DNA of 41,908 nucleotides from Chromatiales bacterium (GTDB taxonomy: Bacteria; Pseudomonadota; Gammaproteobacteria; SZUA-140). The stretch spans positions 1-41,908 of the forward strand of contig DRLG01000103.1 in NCBI GenBank assembly GCA_011053135.1, in the 5' to 3' direction. Below, one piece after another: positions 32,440 through 41,680 of this stretch; position 1 is the first letter of the stretch; each line of letters opens with the position of its first letter. The notes under the pieces were generated by a model. That model searched no databases. It was not told where the DNA came from and saw only the letters and a list, made by a program, of their open reading frames with translations. The translations under genes were made by a program, and so were the position numbers.

Positions 32440-35253
32440 TCATTCACTCTTTAGTGAATTCAGCAATTGTTGAGCCTCTGCCTTCCCCTCAAAATCCTGG
32501 CCTGCCAATAAGATCGCTTCAAGCATCTGCTGCACTTTCTTGTCCCGTTTACCTGATTCAACAAGAGCAGCCGCATAGTGATACTGTACTTCCTTTGCAT
32601 CAGGCTGCTTCTCGGCAGCCTGCCGCAATATATCAACTGCAGCATCCGTTTGCCCATTACTGAAAATAATCCAGCCATAGGTATCCAGGACCATACCGTT
32701 CTCAGGCATGAGCTTGTGAGCCCTTTCCGCGAACACCAACGCCTCTGCAAACTGCCCCTCTTTATGCAACAGCCAGGCGATATCATTCAGTGCCGGAACA
32801 TTTTTCGGCTCCACCTCCAGCACGTGCCGATATTGGGTAATTGCCGCTTGGTACTGTCCATCAAGCATGTGGGCCGCCGCCAATGAGAAACGCGCCCTGA
32901 TATCGTCTTCGTGTTGCTTCAGCCAGGTCTCCAGTAATTCCTTAGCAACCTGGTTCCCTTCACTTCGGCGCAGGGCCCGCGCTTCTTTGAGTAGGACGCG
33001 CGTGCCACCGCCAAGCAATCTGGCCTTGCGGTACGCCTTGGCCGCCTTGGCATCCACCTTGAGCCTTGCCTGAATGTCGCCTTCACGCTCGTAGCCCACG
33101 GCAGACTTTGGATACCAGCGCTTAATCGCATCAACACGCTGCTGGGCCTGCACGGTTTTACCGGCACGCAGATCCAACAGCACCAGCAAATCTGCCGCCC
33201 CCAGGTGATTGGGGTCAATCCTGAGCGCCCGATCGAGTGATTGCCGTGCCTTGCTCTCTTCATCCGCACGAAGGTGCGCAAGCCCCAGCCAGAAATAGCT
33301 TGTCGCCACCGGTGTCGACTTAACCAGTTGCTCAAAACGCTGCACGGCTGCCGCAAAATTTTGCACTACCAGCTCTAGCTGACCGGCAGCCAGCAAGGCG
33401 CGGGGATTCGAGGGCTCGATTGCCAGCGCTTCCTGCACCATCTCTCGCGCACGTACCAGCTCACCGGTACGCATATAGATTTGGGCCAGCACCATTCTCG
33501 GCGCCAATGCCTTCATATCCGCGGACTTCGCCTTTTCCAGCCATTGCAGTGCCTGCAGCCGGTCGTTTTCCAAATCTGCCAACTGTGCTAAGGCCATCAT
33601 GGCGGAAACATTGCCCTCATCCCTTACCAGAATATCGTCTAGACGTTCACGGGCGTCAGACTGCCGACCCGCCTGGATATCCAGGCGCACGAGATTCAGA
33701 GTCGCCGTGGCGAAAGAGGCATCAATATGCAGAGATTCATTGAAGGCTGCCCGCGCCATGTGCACATCCCCCTTGGCTCCATAGATAACACCCAGCAAGT
33801 TCTGCAGATACGCACTCTGTGGGTTGGCTGCCGCCAAACGCTCCGCCACGGAAAGTGCTTCATCAAAATCTTTCCGGCGCAGATGAGTCAACACCAGCAG
33901 GGATTGCTCACGGAGCGAGGCATTTCCTGCCTCAATGGCCTGCTCCAGCTCCTTGATCGCCTGTGCATCATTCCCCTCGGCCAGATACAGCATGGCCAGC
34001 TGTGCCCGTAAACTTCCCTCGGCCGGCTGTTTGGCAATGGCCTTTTGGAGAAAACGCCTGCCTTTCTCCAGCTCTCCACTACGCAGAGCAGCCTGGCCGG
34101 CCATTGCCAACAGGCGCACATTATTTGGCGCTTGGACAAGCGCCGGCTCAAGGATGTCCAGCGCCTGATCAGACTGCGCCTGTTGCAAACGGATTGCGGC
34201 CAGCATCATGCGCGCAGGCAGCAGAGCGGGCGCTGCTGCAACCACTCTCACCAGCTGAACCTCTGCCTGCTCAAGATTCCCCAACGCATAATTCGTGCTT
34301 CCAAGCAAAAAAAGGCTCTGCAGATGATCTGGTGTAACCTTGAGAACCGTCAGCAGGTAGTCCTGTGCCTTCATGAACTGCCCTTGCTCAAAGGCTAGCA
34401 AGGCGGCTGTATAATTTGTGATGGGATGGCGGGGTGCAGCCTTTAGCAGATAGTCCACCTGAATCTTCGCATCAGCGAACTGGTGTTGCCCGATTAACAG
34501 TTTTGCAAGCTCCGTGCGAGCTTCCATCTCTATGCGCCGGGGTACATTGATCGACACCAAGCCAATGGCATGACGAAGATCAGCTTGTGCATCATCAAAC
34601 CGTTTCTGGGCACGGGCAAGCCTGCCCTTCAACACCCATGCCTCGACATTGTCGGGATTCATGGCCAACACTTTTTCCAGTACCTCACGCGTCTCCTGGA
34701 GGTCATTTGAGGCCAACAGCACCCTACTCAGCCACAACAAGGCGGGGATGGTATTTGGTTTGCTCACCAGCGCCTGCCGGAATGAGTTTTCAGCCTCTTG
34801 CTGCTGGCCCAAACCAAGCTGGGCCTGCCCACGCAGCACCAAAAGCTCTGGCTGAGACGCCCATTCCAGCCCTTCCAACATGCTCAGCACATCGTTAAAA
34901 CGGTGCTGGAGCAGCAGTGATTCGCCCAATAGTTTCTGTACAAAAAGACCGCTGACCCCAAGTTCCTGGGCACGAATCAACTCCTTCTCGGCGGCCCCAC
35001 CCTCGCCGACCAGCACGTATAATTCACCCAGCAACAAGCGTGCTTCAGAATTCCTGGCATTTTGCTGCAGGGCACTTTTCAGTTCGATCAGACTGGCTCT
35101 GATATCACCAGCTGCTTGGTACTGCTTGGCCCGCTGCAGATGCTCGGCATCGCTTATACTCGCCTCACCACAAGCCGCGATAGCCAGACTTGCTGCAGCC
35201 AGAAGTACGAACCTCCATAGCCCGCGCCCAGAAAACTCTAAATTGCCTTTCAT
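32440..35253 (-). CDS. prsT: PEP-CTERM system TPR-repeat lipoprotein
   Basis: About 937 aa of TPR repeats. ATG 35253 (GGGAGA RBS, 3-nt spacer) gives MKGNLEFSGRGLWRFVLLAAASLAIAAC/GEA, with a lipobox. The track start 35298 is a GTG that overlaps the upstream gene. Confidence 0.8.
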   Translation of the reverse strand: MKGNLEFSGRGLWRFVLLAAASLAIAACGEASISDAEHLQRAKQYQAAGDIRASLIELKSALQQNARNSEARLLLGELYVLVGEGGAAEKELIRAQELGVSGLFVQKLLGESLLLQHRFNDVLSMLEGLEWASQPELLVLRGQAQLGLGQQQEAENSFRQALVSKPNTIPALLWLSRVLLASNDLQETREVLEKVLAMNPDNVEAWVLKGRLARAQKRFDDAQADLRHAIGLVSINVPRRIEMEARTELAKLLIGQHQFADAKIQVDYLLKAAPRHPITNYTAALLAFEQGQFMKAQDYLLTVLKVTPDHLQSLFLLGSTNYALGNLEQAEVQLVRVVAAAPALLPARMMLAAIRLQQAQSDQALDILEPALVQAPNNVRLLAMAGQAALRSGELEKGRRFLQKAIAKQPAEGSLRAQLAMLYLAEGNDAQAIKELEQAIEAGNASLREQSLLVLTHLRRKDFDEALSVAERLAAANPQSAYLQNLLGVIYGAKGDVHMARAAFNESLHIDASFATATLNLVRLDIQAGRQSDARERLDDILVRDEGNVSAMMALAQLADLENDRLQALQWLEKAKSADMKALAPRMVLAQIYMRTGELVRAREMVQEALAIEPSNPRALLAAGQLELVVQNFAAAVQRFEQLVKSTPVATSYFWLGLAHLRADEESKARQSLDRALRIDPNHLGAADLLVLLDLRAGKTVQAQQRVDAIKRWYPKSAVGYEREGDIQARLKVDAKAAKAYRKARLLGGGTRVLLKEARALRRSEGNQVAKELLETWLKQHEDDIRARFSLAAAHMLDGQYQAAITQYRHVLEVEPKNVPALNDIAWLLHKEGQFAEALVFAERAHKLMPENGMVLDTYGWIIFSNGQTDAAVDILRQAAEKQPDAKEVQYHYAAALVESGKRDKKVQQMLEAILLAGQDFEGKAEAQQLLNSLKSE

Positions 35254-35294
35254 ACGTCTCCCATTAATCCTACCCATTCGTTGGTCCACGCTCA

Positions 35295-38090
35295 TCACTC
35301 AAGCTCTGTCAACAGGGCCCTTGCCTTGCTGGATCCAGCAAAATCAGCGGAGACATCCAGAGCACGCTTCAATTCACTTCGCGCTTCGGTATCCTTCCCT
35401 GACCGATGCAGGCCAACGGCCAAGTGATAGCGGATCTCCGACATGTGCGGCGCCAGTTCCACGGCTTGCCGCAGCAAACCCACCCCTCGACGGACTTTAC
35501 CCGTTTTCACCAACAGCCACCCCAGCGTATCAATCACGGCCGGGTTGTCAGAGGCGAGGGCATAAGCCTGTTCAGCATATTCCAGTGCATTGGCGCGCCC
35601 CAACTGGTGCGATACCCAGGCCAGGTTATTCAATACGACAACATCCTTTGGGCGGCTCTCGAGCACTTGCGCATACAGCTCCTCCGCCGCCTTCAGCTTG
35701 CCACTTTCCTGATGGGCTCCGGCCAGTACTATCTTCACCACAGCATCCCCAGGGTGCTGTTTCAGCCATTGTTCCAGCGGTGCATAGGGCTGTTTCAATT
35801 TGCCTTTTTTACGGGCGTTATAGCTCGCAATGGCAAGCGCCGCTACAGCCGCACGCTCAAGACCCAGCCTGTAACTCTTTTCAGCTGCCCGGTAGTCGCC
35901 CTGTTGCATCAATATATCGCCAAGCAGACGATAGCCCACGGCCTTCTGCGGGCGCTGCTGCTGAATGGTCTGCGCAATATTCTGCGCTATCTCCGGCCGA
36001 TTGGCCTCCATTTCCAGTTTGGCCAGGGCCAGCTGCGCAGGGATATAATCGACGCTAAACGTCAGTGCACCCTTGAAATTCCTGCGCGCCGCAGAAATAT
36101 CGCCAAGCTTTTGCAGAGTCAGTCCCAACAGATAATACGCTTGTGCAGATTCAGGTGTCTGTTTGACCAATGCCTCAAACGTGGCCTTTGCGCTGTGGTA
36201 GTCCTCGGCCTTGGCTTGTGACATCCCCATGGCCTTCAATACCAATGGGTTATCGGGATGCTGTGACTTCAGTTCGCGGGCGATACTGATGGCACGCAGA
36301 GGTTTCAGCTTCCGGTTGTAGAAGTTCAACAACGCCAGGCCGGGTTGAAGTGCGCCATTATTGGCTTCCCAGGCAGTCTGCAGGTATTCCTGAACCTGGG
36401 AGTCTTCCCCCTGCCGTTCGGCAAGACGGGCCAGCGACATAAGCGCACCAATATGCCCCGGCTGCTGTTTCAGTACCGACAGATAGCGTTTCTTTGCGGC
36501 CTCCAGCTTGTCCTCACCCTCATCAAGGCGCCCAAGATTCATGATGGCAGGAATAAAACCCGCGTCTTTCTTTATGGCCTGCTTAAATTTTTCACGCCCG
36601 AGTTCGGGCTTGCCAAGTCCTATGTAGGCCGCCCCCATCAGATTGTCGGGCAATGGGGATTCCGGCAGTTTCTTCGCAAAGGCCTGCGCCTGAGCCAGGG
36701 CCTTGTCGTATTCCTTGCTACGCAAGAGAACCAGCGTCAACAAAGTGTCTGCCTGAAAGACCTCCTTGCCAAGATCAAGGTCTACAGCCGCTTCCAGCTC
36801 CTTGATCGCCTGCATTCTTTCTCCGGAGGCCAGATGCCCCAGTGCCAACTGAGTGCGAATACCTACCGCTTCCGGATCGGCCGCAGCCGCACGCTCCAGA
36901 TAAGCGATACCTTTTTCAATCTGATTGGCACGCAGGTAAGCAGTTCCCAGCATAGCCAGCAATTGCTCGTCACCTTTGCTGGAGGGAAGGACCCGCTCGA
37001 GGATTTCAATGGCCTCATCCGCCTGCTTGAGTCGTAGTTTTGTTGCAGCCAACAATTTGGCCGCCGGGACATTATCCGGCGCAACAGAAATGACCTGGAA
37101 GAGTGACTGTTCCGCCTGTTCATACTTGCCTTGGGCGAAGTCTATTGCCCCTTTCAATTGCAGTGCGGGAAAGTAATCCGGTTTTACTCTCAGCACATTG
37201 CGCAGAGATTCTTCCGCCCCTGTCATATCCTTTTTCCGATAATGAACTACCGCAGAAAGGTAGTTGGCCACCGGGTGGTTTGGGCTAAGGCTGCGCACTT
37301 TGTCGATTTGTTTTTCGGCGGCAGGGATCTCGCCCTGCGCAATACTCACCGTGGCCCCACCCAGCAACGCGGGCAAGTTTGTCGGTTGCAACTGCTCCGC
37401 CTTGAAAAAACTACGCTGTGCAGTCGTCAAATCCCCGCCAAGCCTGGCAATTTCGCCTTGCAATACCCAGACAGCCGCATTTTCCGGATCACTTGCAACG
37501 GCACGGTCCACCCATTGCCGTGCATCAGATAGCTTATTGCGCCCCAGAGCAAGACGCGCCTTACCCAGCAGCCCCGCAGGATAATCAGCAACCAGCGTCA
37601 ACGATTGGTCGTAAAGACTTTCCGCCTCCGAGGGCTTTTGCAGACTCAGATACCCCGCAGCACGGAGAACCAATATTTCAGCCTTGAGCAGTGAAGGAAA
37701 ACTCTCATCAAGTTTAATCTCTGCAAGTAGTTGTTCAGTCTTGCCCTGAAGAAGATATGCCTTAGCCAGCGGAACAACCAACTTCTGCCACTCCATCCCC
37801 AGCCTGCGGGCACGATCAAGCTCCTTCTCGGCATCGGCGCCATTACCACGCAGCAAGTAGTTCTGTCCCAACAGGAAGCGAGCCTTGGTATTCTTCGGAT
37901 CTTCTTTCAGGGCATTCTTGGCCTGGATTATCGCCGCATTGATATCACCTTTCTTACTATATGCCTCCGCCTCTCTGAAATATTCTTCGCTGCTTGTCGC
38001 ACTGGCATTGAAAACCACCCCAAGGAGCAGTAAGACAGCCACCCCCCTGAACCAGGCGGGAACGCGACTGCACGTCATCGGGTGAGCCAT
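35295..38090 (-). CDS. prsT: Second PrsT-like TPR-repeat protein (paralog, non-lipoprotein signal peptide)
   Basis: ATG 38090 is preceded by AAGGAG with a 6-nt spacer and gives MAHPMTCSRVPAWFRGVAVLLLLGVVFNASA/TSSEE. It is collinear with the downstream paralog, for example EAEAYSKKGDINAAIIQAKNALKEDPKNTKARFLLGQNYLL vs RAKQYQAAGDIRASLIELKSALQQNARNSEARLLLGELYVL. Confidence 0.8.
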   Translation of the reverse strand: MAHPMTCSRVPAWFRGVAVLLLLGVVFNASATSSEEYFREAEAYSKKGDINAAIIQAKNALKEDPKNTKARFLLGQNYLLRGNGADAEKELDRARRLGMEWQKLVVPLAKAYLLQGKTEQLLAEIKLDESFPSLLKAEILVLRAAGYLSLQKPSEAESLYDQSLTLVADYPAGLLGKARLALGRNKLSDARQWVDRAVASDPENAAVWVLQGEIARLGGDLTTAQRSFFKAEQLQPTNLPALLGGATVSIAQGEIPAAEKQIDKVRSLSPNHPVANYLSAVVHYRKKDMTGAEESLRNVLRVKPDYFPALQLKGAIDFAQGKYEQAEQSLFQVISVAPDNVPAAKLLAATKLRLKQADEAIEILERVLPSSKGDEQLLAMLGTAYLRANQIEKGIAYLERAAAADPEAVGIRTQLALGHLASGERMQAIKELEAAVDLDLGKEVFQADTLLTLVLLRSKEYDKALAQAQAFAKKLPESPLPDNLMGAAYIGLGKPELGREKFKQAIKKDAGFIPAIMNLGRLDEGEDKLEAAKKRYLSVLKQQPGHIGALMSLARLAERQGEDSQVQEYLQTAWEANNGALQPGLALLNFYNRKLKPLRAISIARELKSQHPDNPLVLKAMGMSQAKAEDYHSAKATFEALVKQTPESAQAYYLLGLTLQKLGDISAARRNFKGALTFSVDYIPAQLALAKLEMEANRPEIAQNIAQTIQQQRPQKAVGYRLLGDILMQQGDYRAAEKSYRLGLERAAVAALAIASYNARKKGKLKQPYAPLEQWLKQHPGDAVVKIVLAGAHQESGKLKAAEELYAQVLESRPKDVVVLNNLAWVSHQLGRANALEYAEQAYALASDNPAVIDTLGWLLVKTGKVRRGVGLLRQAVELAPHMSEIRYHLAVGLHRSGKDTEARSELKRALDVSADFAGSSKARALLTELE

Positions 38091-38168
38091 TACATACTCC
38101 TTCATTTTGAAATTGGATATTTTGGCGTCGAAAACGCCTGAAATATTCAGTAACAGCATTGGGGAAAT

Positions 38169-39530
38169 CTATTTGAGCCCATATTTTCCCAGCAGATCAT
38201 AGAGCGTGGGGCGACTGACGCCGAGCAGCTCTGCGGCCTGGGAAACATTGTCGTTGCTCAGTGTCAGCGCACGCTGTACGGCTTTACGCTCCGCTTCTTC
38301 TCGAACCTGGCGCAAGTCCATCACCAGCGGTTGATCAACACCTTTTGCCGAAATCTCCAGATCCTCATCAGAGACATAGTCGCCATCGGCCATGATCACT
38401 GCCCGCTTAATCTTGTTTTCCAGCTCACGCACATTGCCCGGCCAGCTGTACTGTTCAATGGCGGCAAGTGCCTCACGGGAGAAACCCTTCAGAGAACGAC
38501 CATTGTCGCGGGAAAATCGTTCGAGGAAAACGCGTGCAAGCATCAGCTCGTCGCCCTCCCGCTCGCACAGGGGCGGTATCTGGATCGTGATCTCACTGAT
38601 TCGATAATACAGATCCTCGCGAAAGGCACCATCGGCAATCAGGTCGGTGAGATTCTGATGGGTCGCGCAGATGACTCTCACATCCACAGGAATCTCCCGC
38701 CGACCGCCAACACGCTCGATAACGCGTTCCTGCAAGAAACGCAGCATCTTGGCCTGCAGGGGCTGCGGCAAGTCACCTACTTCGTCAAGAAAAAAAGTAC
38801 CGCCATCGGCATACTCGATCTTTCCCCTCGTCTGCTTGCTGGCGCCGGTAAAGGCGCCCTTTTCATAACCAAACAGCTCGCTCTCGAGCAGCGTTTCGGG
38901 AATCGCCGCGCAATTGATGGCCACAAAGGGACCGGAGGCGCGCAAGCTATGGTTATGCAAGGCACGGGCAAACAGCTCCTTGCCTGTGCCGCTATCACCA
39001 AGCAGCAGTGTAGTGGCCATAGTTGGCGCCACCCTTTCCACCATCCGGCAGGCCTTCTGTATCTGTGGGCTGACGCCGATGATGCCATCCAGCTGGCTAT
39101 GTTGATGCTGCTCCAGCAGCTTGCGGTGATCTTCCTCAAGTTCATAAAGGGCATGGGCCCGGTCGATGATCATGCCGAGGATTTCCGGATCGACCGGTTT
39201 CTGGTAAAAATCATAGGCGCCCAGGGACACAGCGTGTACCGCATTTTCACGGTCGTCGTTGCCGGTGACCACGATCACCTTGGTGTGTGGGAACTCCCCC
39301 AACATTTCCTCAAGCGCAGCCAAACCCTCAGAGGCATTGGCTGGATCGGGCGGCAAACCCAGATCCAGCGTTACCACTGCAGGCCGGTGCTTGCGCAGCT
39401 GATCCATGGCTGCCTCCCGATCGCCCGCGATAATGACGTCGTAACCTTCAAAACACCAACGAAGCTGGCTTTGCAGGCCGGGGTCGTCCTCGACAACCAG
39501 CAGGGGTTTCAGTTTGGTTTTTTTAACCAT
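38169..39530 (-). CDS. prsR: PEP-CTERM-box response regulator, sigma-54-dependent transcription factor
   Basis: Receiver domain LLVVEDDPGLQSQLRW...VVTLDLGLPP. AAA+ domain with Walker A GDSGTGKE and the GAFTGA motif (EKGAFTGASK). C-terminal Fis-type HTH NVSQAAELLGVSRPTLYDLLGKYGL. Start is ATG 39530, or TTG 39536 overlapping the prsK stop. Confidence 0.85.
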   Translation of the reverse strand: MVKKTKLKPLLVVEDDPGLQSQLRWCFEGYDVIIAGDREAAMDQLRKHRPAVVTLDLGLPPDPANASEGLAALEEMLGEFPHTKVIVVTGNDDRENAVHAVSLGAYDFYQKPVDPEILGMIIDRAHALYELEEDHRKLLEQHQHSQLDGIIGVSPQIQKACRMVERVAPTMATTLLLGDSGTGKELFARALHNHSLRASGPFVAINCAAIPETLLESELFGYEKGAFTGASKQTRGKIEYADGGTFFLDEVGDLPQPLQAKMLRFLQERVIERVGGRREIPVDVRVICATHQNLTDLIADGAFREDLYYRISEITIQIPPLCEREGDELMLARVFLERFSRDNGRSLKGFSREALAAIEQYSWPGNVRELENKIKRAVIMADGDYVSDEDLEISAKGVDQPLVMDLRQVREEAERKAVQRALTLSNDNVSQAAELLGVSRPTLYDLLGKYGLK

Positions 39531-39532
39531 GA

Positions 39533-41644
39533 TCAATCGGCTACCGTTGTTGTTTGCAATAAAGCATCGTCCATATCTCGCGCGGGCTCTTCAATCTTCA
39601 GACGTAGGGTAAAGCAGGTCCCCTTTCCCGGTTCACTACGCACATCCAGGCTGCCACCCAGGCTAAGAATAAACTCTCGGCTCTCGTACACGCCAATCCC
39701 CATGCCGGCATTGCCCTTGGTGGTATCAAAGGGACGAAACAGACGCTCACGGATAAATTGTGCATCCATGCCGCTGCCCGTATCTTCGATTTCCACCACG
39801 GCCTGGCCGCCATCACGGCGCAGACGAACGGTGACGCTGCCGTCATCGGCAGTGGCATCCTGGGCGTTCTGGATCATGTGCCCCATGACAGCCGCCAGCC
39901 GATCGGCATCGGCTACTACACTGAGATTTTCTTCCGCCACCTCGAGCTGTGGGGCTGGTCTGGCATTACTGTGCTCACGTACCACGTCGGACAACAGGCG
40001 GTCCAGATAGACATATCGTTGCGGACGCCCCTCCAGCCGCCCCTTGCGCAACTGCGCCAGCAGGCGGTTCATCTTGTTGACCGCATTATCGACCGTGGAG
40101 ATCGCGTCCTCCAGAAAGGCCGGATTATCACGATGCCGCGCGGCATTACTAACCACCAGGGAGAGCTGCGCCACTAGGTTTTTTAGATCATGCACCACAT
40201 AGGCGGAAAGCCGGTTGAAGGCCTCGAACTGCCGGGCATCCACCAATGCCTCATTGGCCTCTAGCAGGGCGAGATAACTGGCAGCTTGCCGACCGGTGGT
40301 AATCAACAGGTCACGCACCTCCCAGTTGATCGGCATCCTGGCCCGGGGGCTGGAAAGCACCACAAAGCCGCTCAATCCCGATGCCGAATGCAGGGGTACG
40401 ATCAGCCAAGCATGGGGCAACTGCTGCAGCCATGCGGGGAGTTCCAGGCCGGCATAGGACTCGGGTTCACGATCGATCTCATCGAGGTCGATCACCCACA
40501 CCTGGGTGCTCAGAAACGCCTCCAGCGAACGATTCTGCTCCGGCTGGAAGTCTACTTCTTCCCCCATGTTCCAGCCGGCCGCCGGGCGGTAGGTCTGATC
40601 ATCCTGACGCCACCAGAGCACCCCGGACGGACTTTCGACAATTTGCGCAATGGCGGAAATGACCCGCGGGCGCAGGTTGGCATCCAAATCCGCCCCCGAC
40701 AGTGTATTGATCAGGCGCAGCCATTCCTCTCGATAATCATAGCGATAGTTGAAAAAATGTTTGCTGAGAAAAATACGCAGGCGGGCACGCATCTGCCCGG
40801 AAAACATCAACATCAGCAGCAACAGGCCGGCGCCAAAGAAAAAAATCAACTGGATCGCACCACCCCAGTCGCCGCCGTACAACTTGATGTAATAGCCACC
40901 GGCCGCCATCACCAGCAGATACAGGCCGGCACCCAGCAAGGCCGCAGAGTGAAAGACAAAGGCACGAGAGACGTGGACATCCAGGGACCACTGCGGATTT
41001 CGGGCCGCCGAGACGGCAACCAATGGGACGACCATCAGGTCGATAAAGCCACGCACGGCCCAGATACTCTGATCCATGGCCTTCAACAGCAGCGCATCGG
41101 AATAGAGGTAGAAGTCGAAGGCAAACATGGCGCCCAGGCCAAGACACAGGTACTTGATAGTCCAACGCTGATTGAGCGGGGTGTTACGGAAAAGCTGCTC
41201 CACCAGCACCAAACCGACCAGCGCCAGCCCCAAGGAGGCAAAAATGCGCAAATCAAATCCGACCGCGACGGGTACTGCCACTCCACCCACATAAACCAGT
41301 CCAAGGACGGCGGCAACAAGCAAGACGAGTATCACCGACAATACACCAACCACCCGCATAAACGGGCGCACAGCGTCTTCCCTGCGTCCCTTGGAGAGCA
41401 CGGCGATAAGGAACACCAGCCAGGCGATATTGCGCAGAAGTTCGACGGCAACCAGCAATACGGAATCAGAGTATCCACTACTAGCCTGGTAGGCCGACAA
41501 CCCAGCCCAGAACACGCTGACGGCAGAGGCCGAAAGGAGGAATGCACCTTCCATGCGCCCCCGCCAGGCAGTAGCCAGCAGGATCGTCAGCACCAGAAAG
41601 GCGAGGGTACTGAGAAGGTAGCCGATCGTCGCCATGTTAGCCAT
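39533..41644 (-). CDS. prsK: XrtA/PEP-CTERM system histidine kinase
   Basis: About 700 aa. The N-terminal 300 aa are polytopic with many TM segments, followed by a GAF-like middle region. H-box YVVHDLKNLVAQLSLV and HATPase motifs (IQNAQDA, IEDTGSGMD, GMGIGVYESRE). Start candidates are ATG 41644, ATG 41635 and TTG 41653. Confidence 0.8.
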   Translation of the reverse strand: MANMATIGYLLSTLAFLVLTILLATAWRGRMEGAFLLSASAVSVFWAGLSAYQASSGYSDSVLLVAVELLRNIAWLVFLIAVLSKGRREDAVRPFMRVVGVLSVILVLLVAAVLGLVYVGGVAVPVAVGFDLRIFASLGLALVGLVLVEQLFRNTPLNQRWTIKYLCLGLGAMFAFDFYLYSDALLLKAMDQSIWAVRGFIDLMVVPLVAVSAARNPQWSLDVHVSRAFVFHSAALLGAGLYLLVMAAGGYYIKLYGGDWGGAIQLIFFFGAGLLLLMLMFSGQMRARLRIFLSKHFFNYRYDYREEWLRLINTLSGADLDANLRPRVISAIAQIVESPSGVLWWRQDDQTYRPAAGWNMGEEVDFQPEQNRSLEAFLSTQVWVIDLDEIDREPESYAGLELPAWLQQLPHAWLIVPLHSASGLSGFVVLSSPRARMPINWEVRDLLITTGRQAASYLALLEANEALVDARQFEAFNRLSAYVVHDLKNLVAQLSLVVSNAARHRDNPAFLEDAISTVDNAVNKMNRLLAQLRKGRLEGRPQRYVYLDRLLSDVVREHSNARPAPQLEVAEENLSVVADADRLAAVMGHMIQNAQDATADDGSVTVRLRRDGGQAVVEIEDTGSGMDAQFIRERLFRPFDTTKGNAGMGIGVYESREFILSLGGSLDVRSEPGKGTCFTLRLKIEEPARDMDDALLQTTTVAD

Positions 41645-41680
41645 CAAAGACAAGCCCCCGGAGATCTGGCACGGACGATG

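Noticed and set aside
34880-36221. 392-aa and 271-aa plus-strand ORFs (34880-36058 and 35406-36221), plus many ORFs of 60-130 aa between 32.4 and 38.1 kb
   Set aside because: All are antisense to or overlap the two prsT genes. They are Pro/Ser/Arg-rich with no domain signature, so they are shadow ORFs of a GC-rich region.
38124-38138. GG-N10-GC spacing (minus strand caGGCGTtttcgACGCc) upstream of the first prsT, considered as a sigma-54 promoter
   Set aside because: Only the GG/GC dinucleotides match. The -12 element is ACGC rather than TTGC, and the -24 element is AGGCGT. The same bases form a simple 5-bp hairpin.
38331-40010. 559-aa plus-strand ORF spanning the prsR/prsK junction
   Set aside because: It is antisense to two genes with unmistakable domain motifs. 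Its product is Arg/Leu/Gly/Ala-rich low-complexity sequence typical of the reverse frame of GC-rich coding DNA. It has no recognisable motif.
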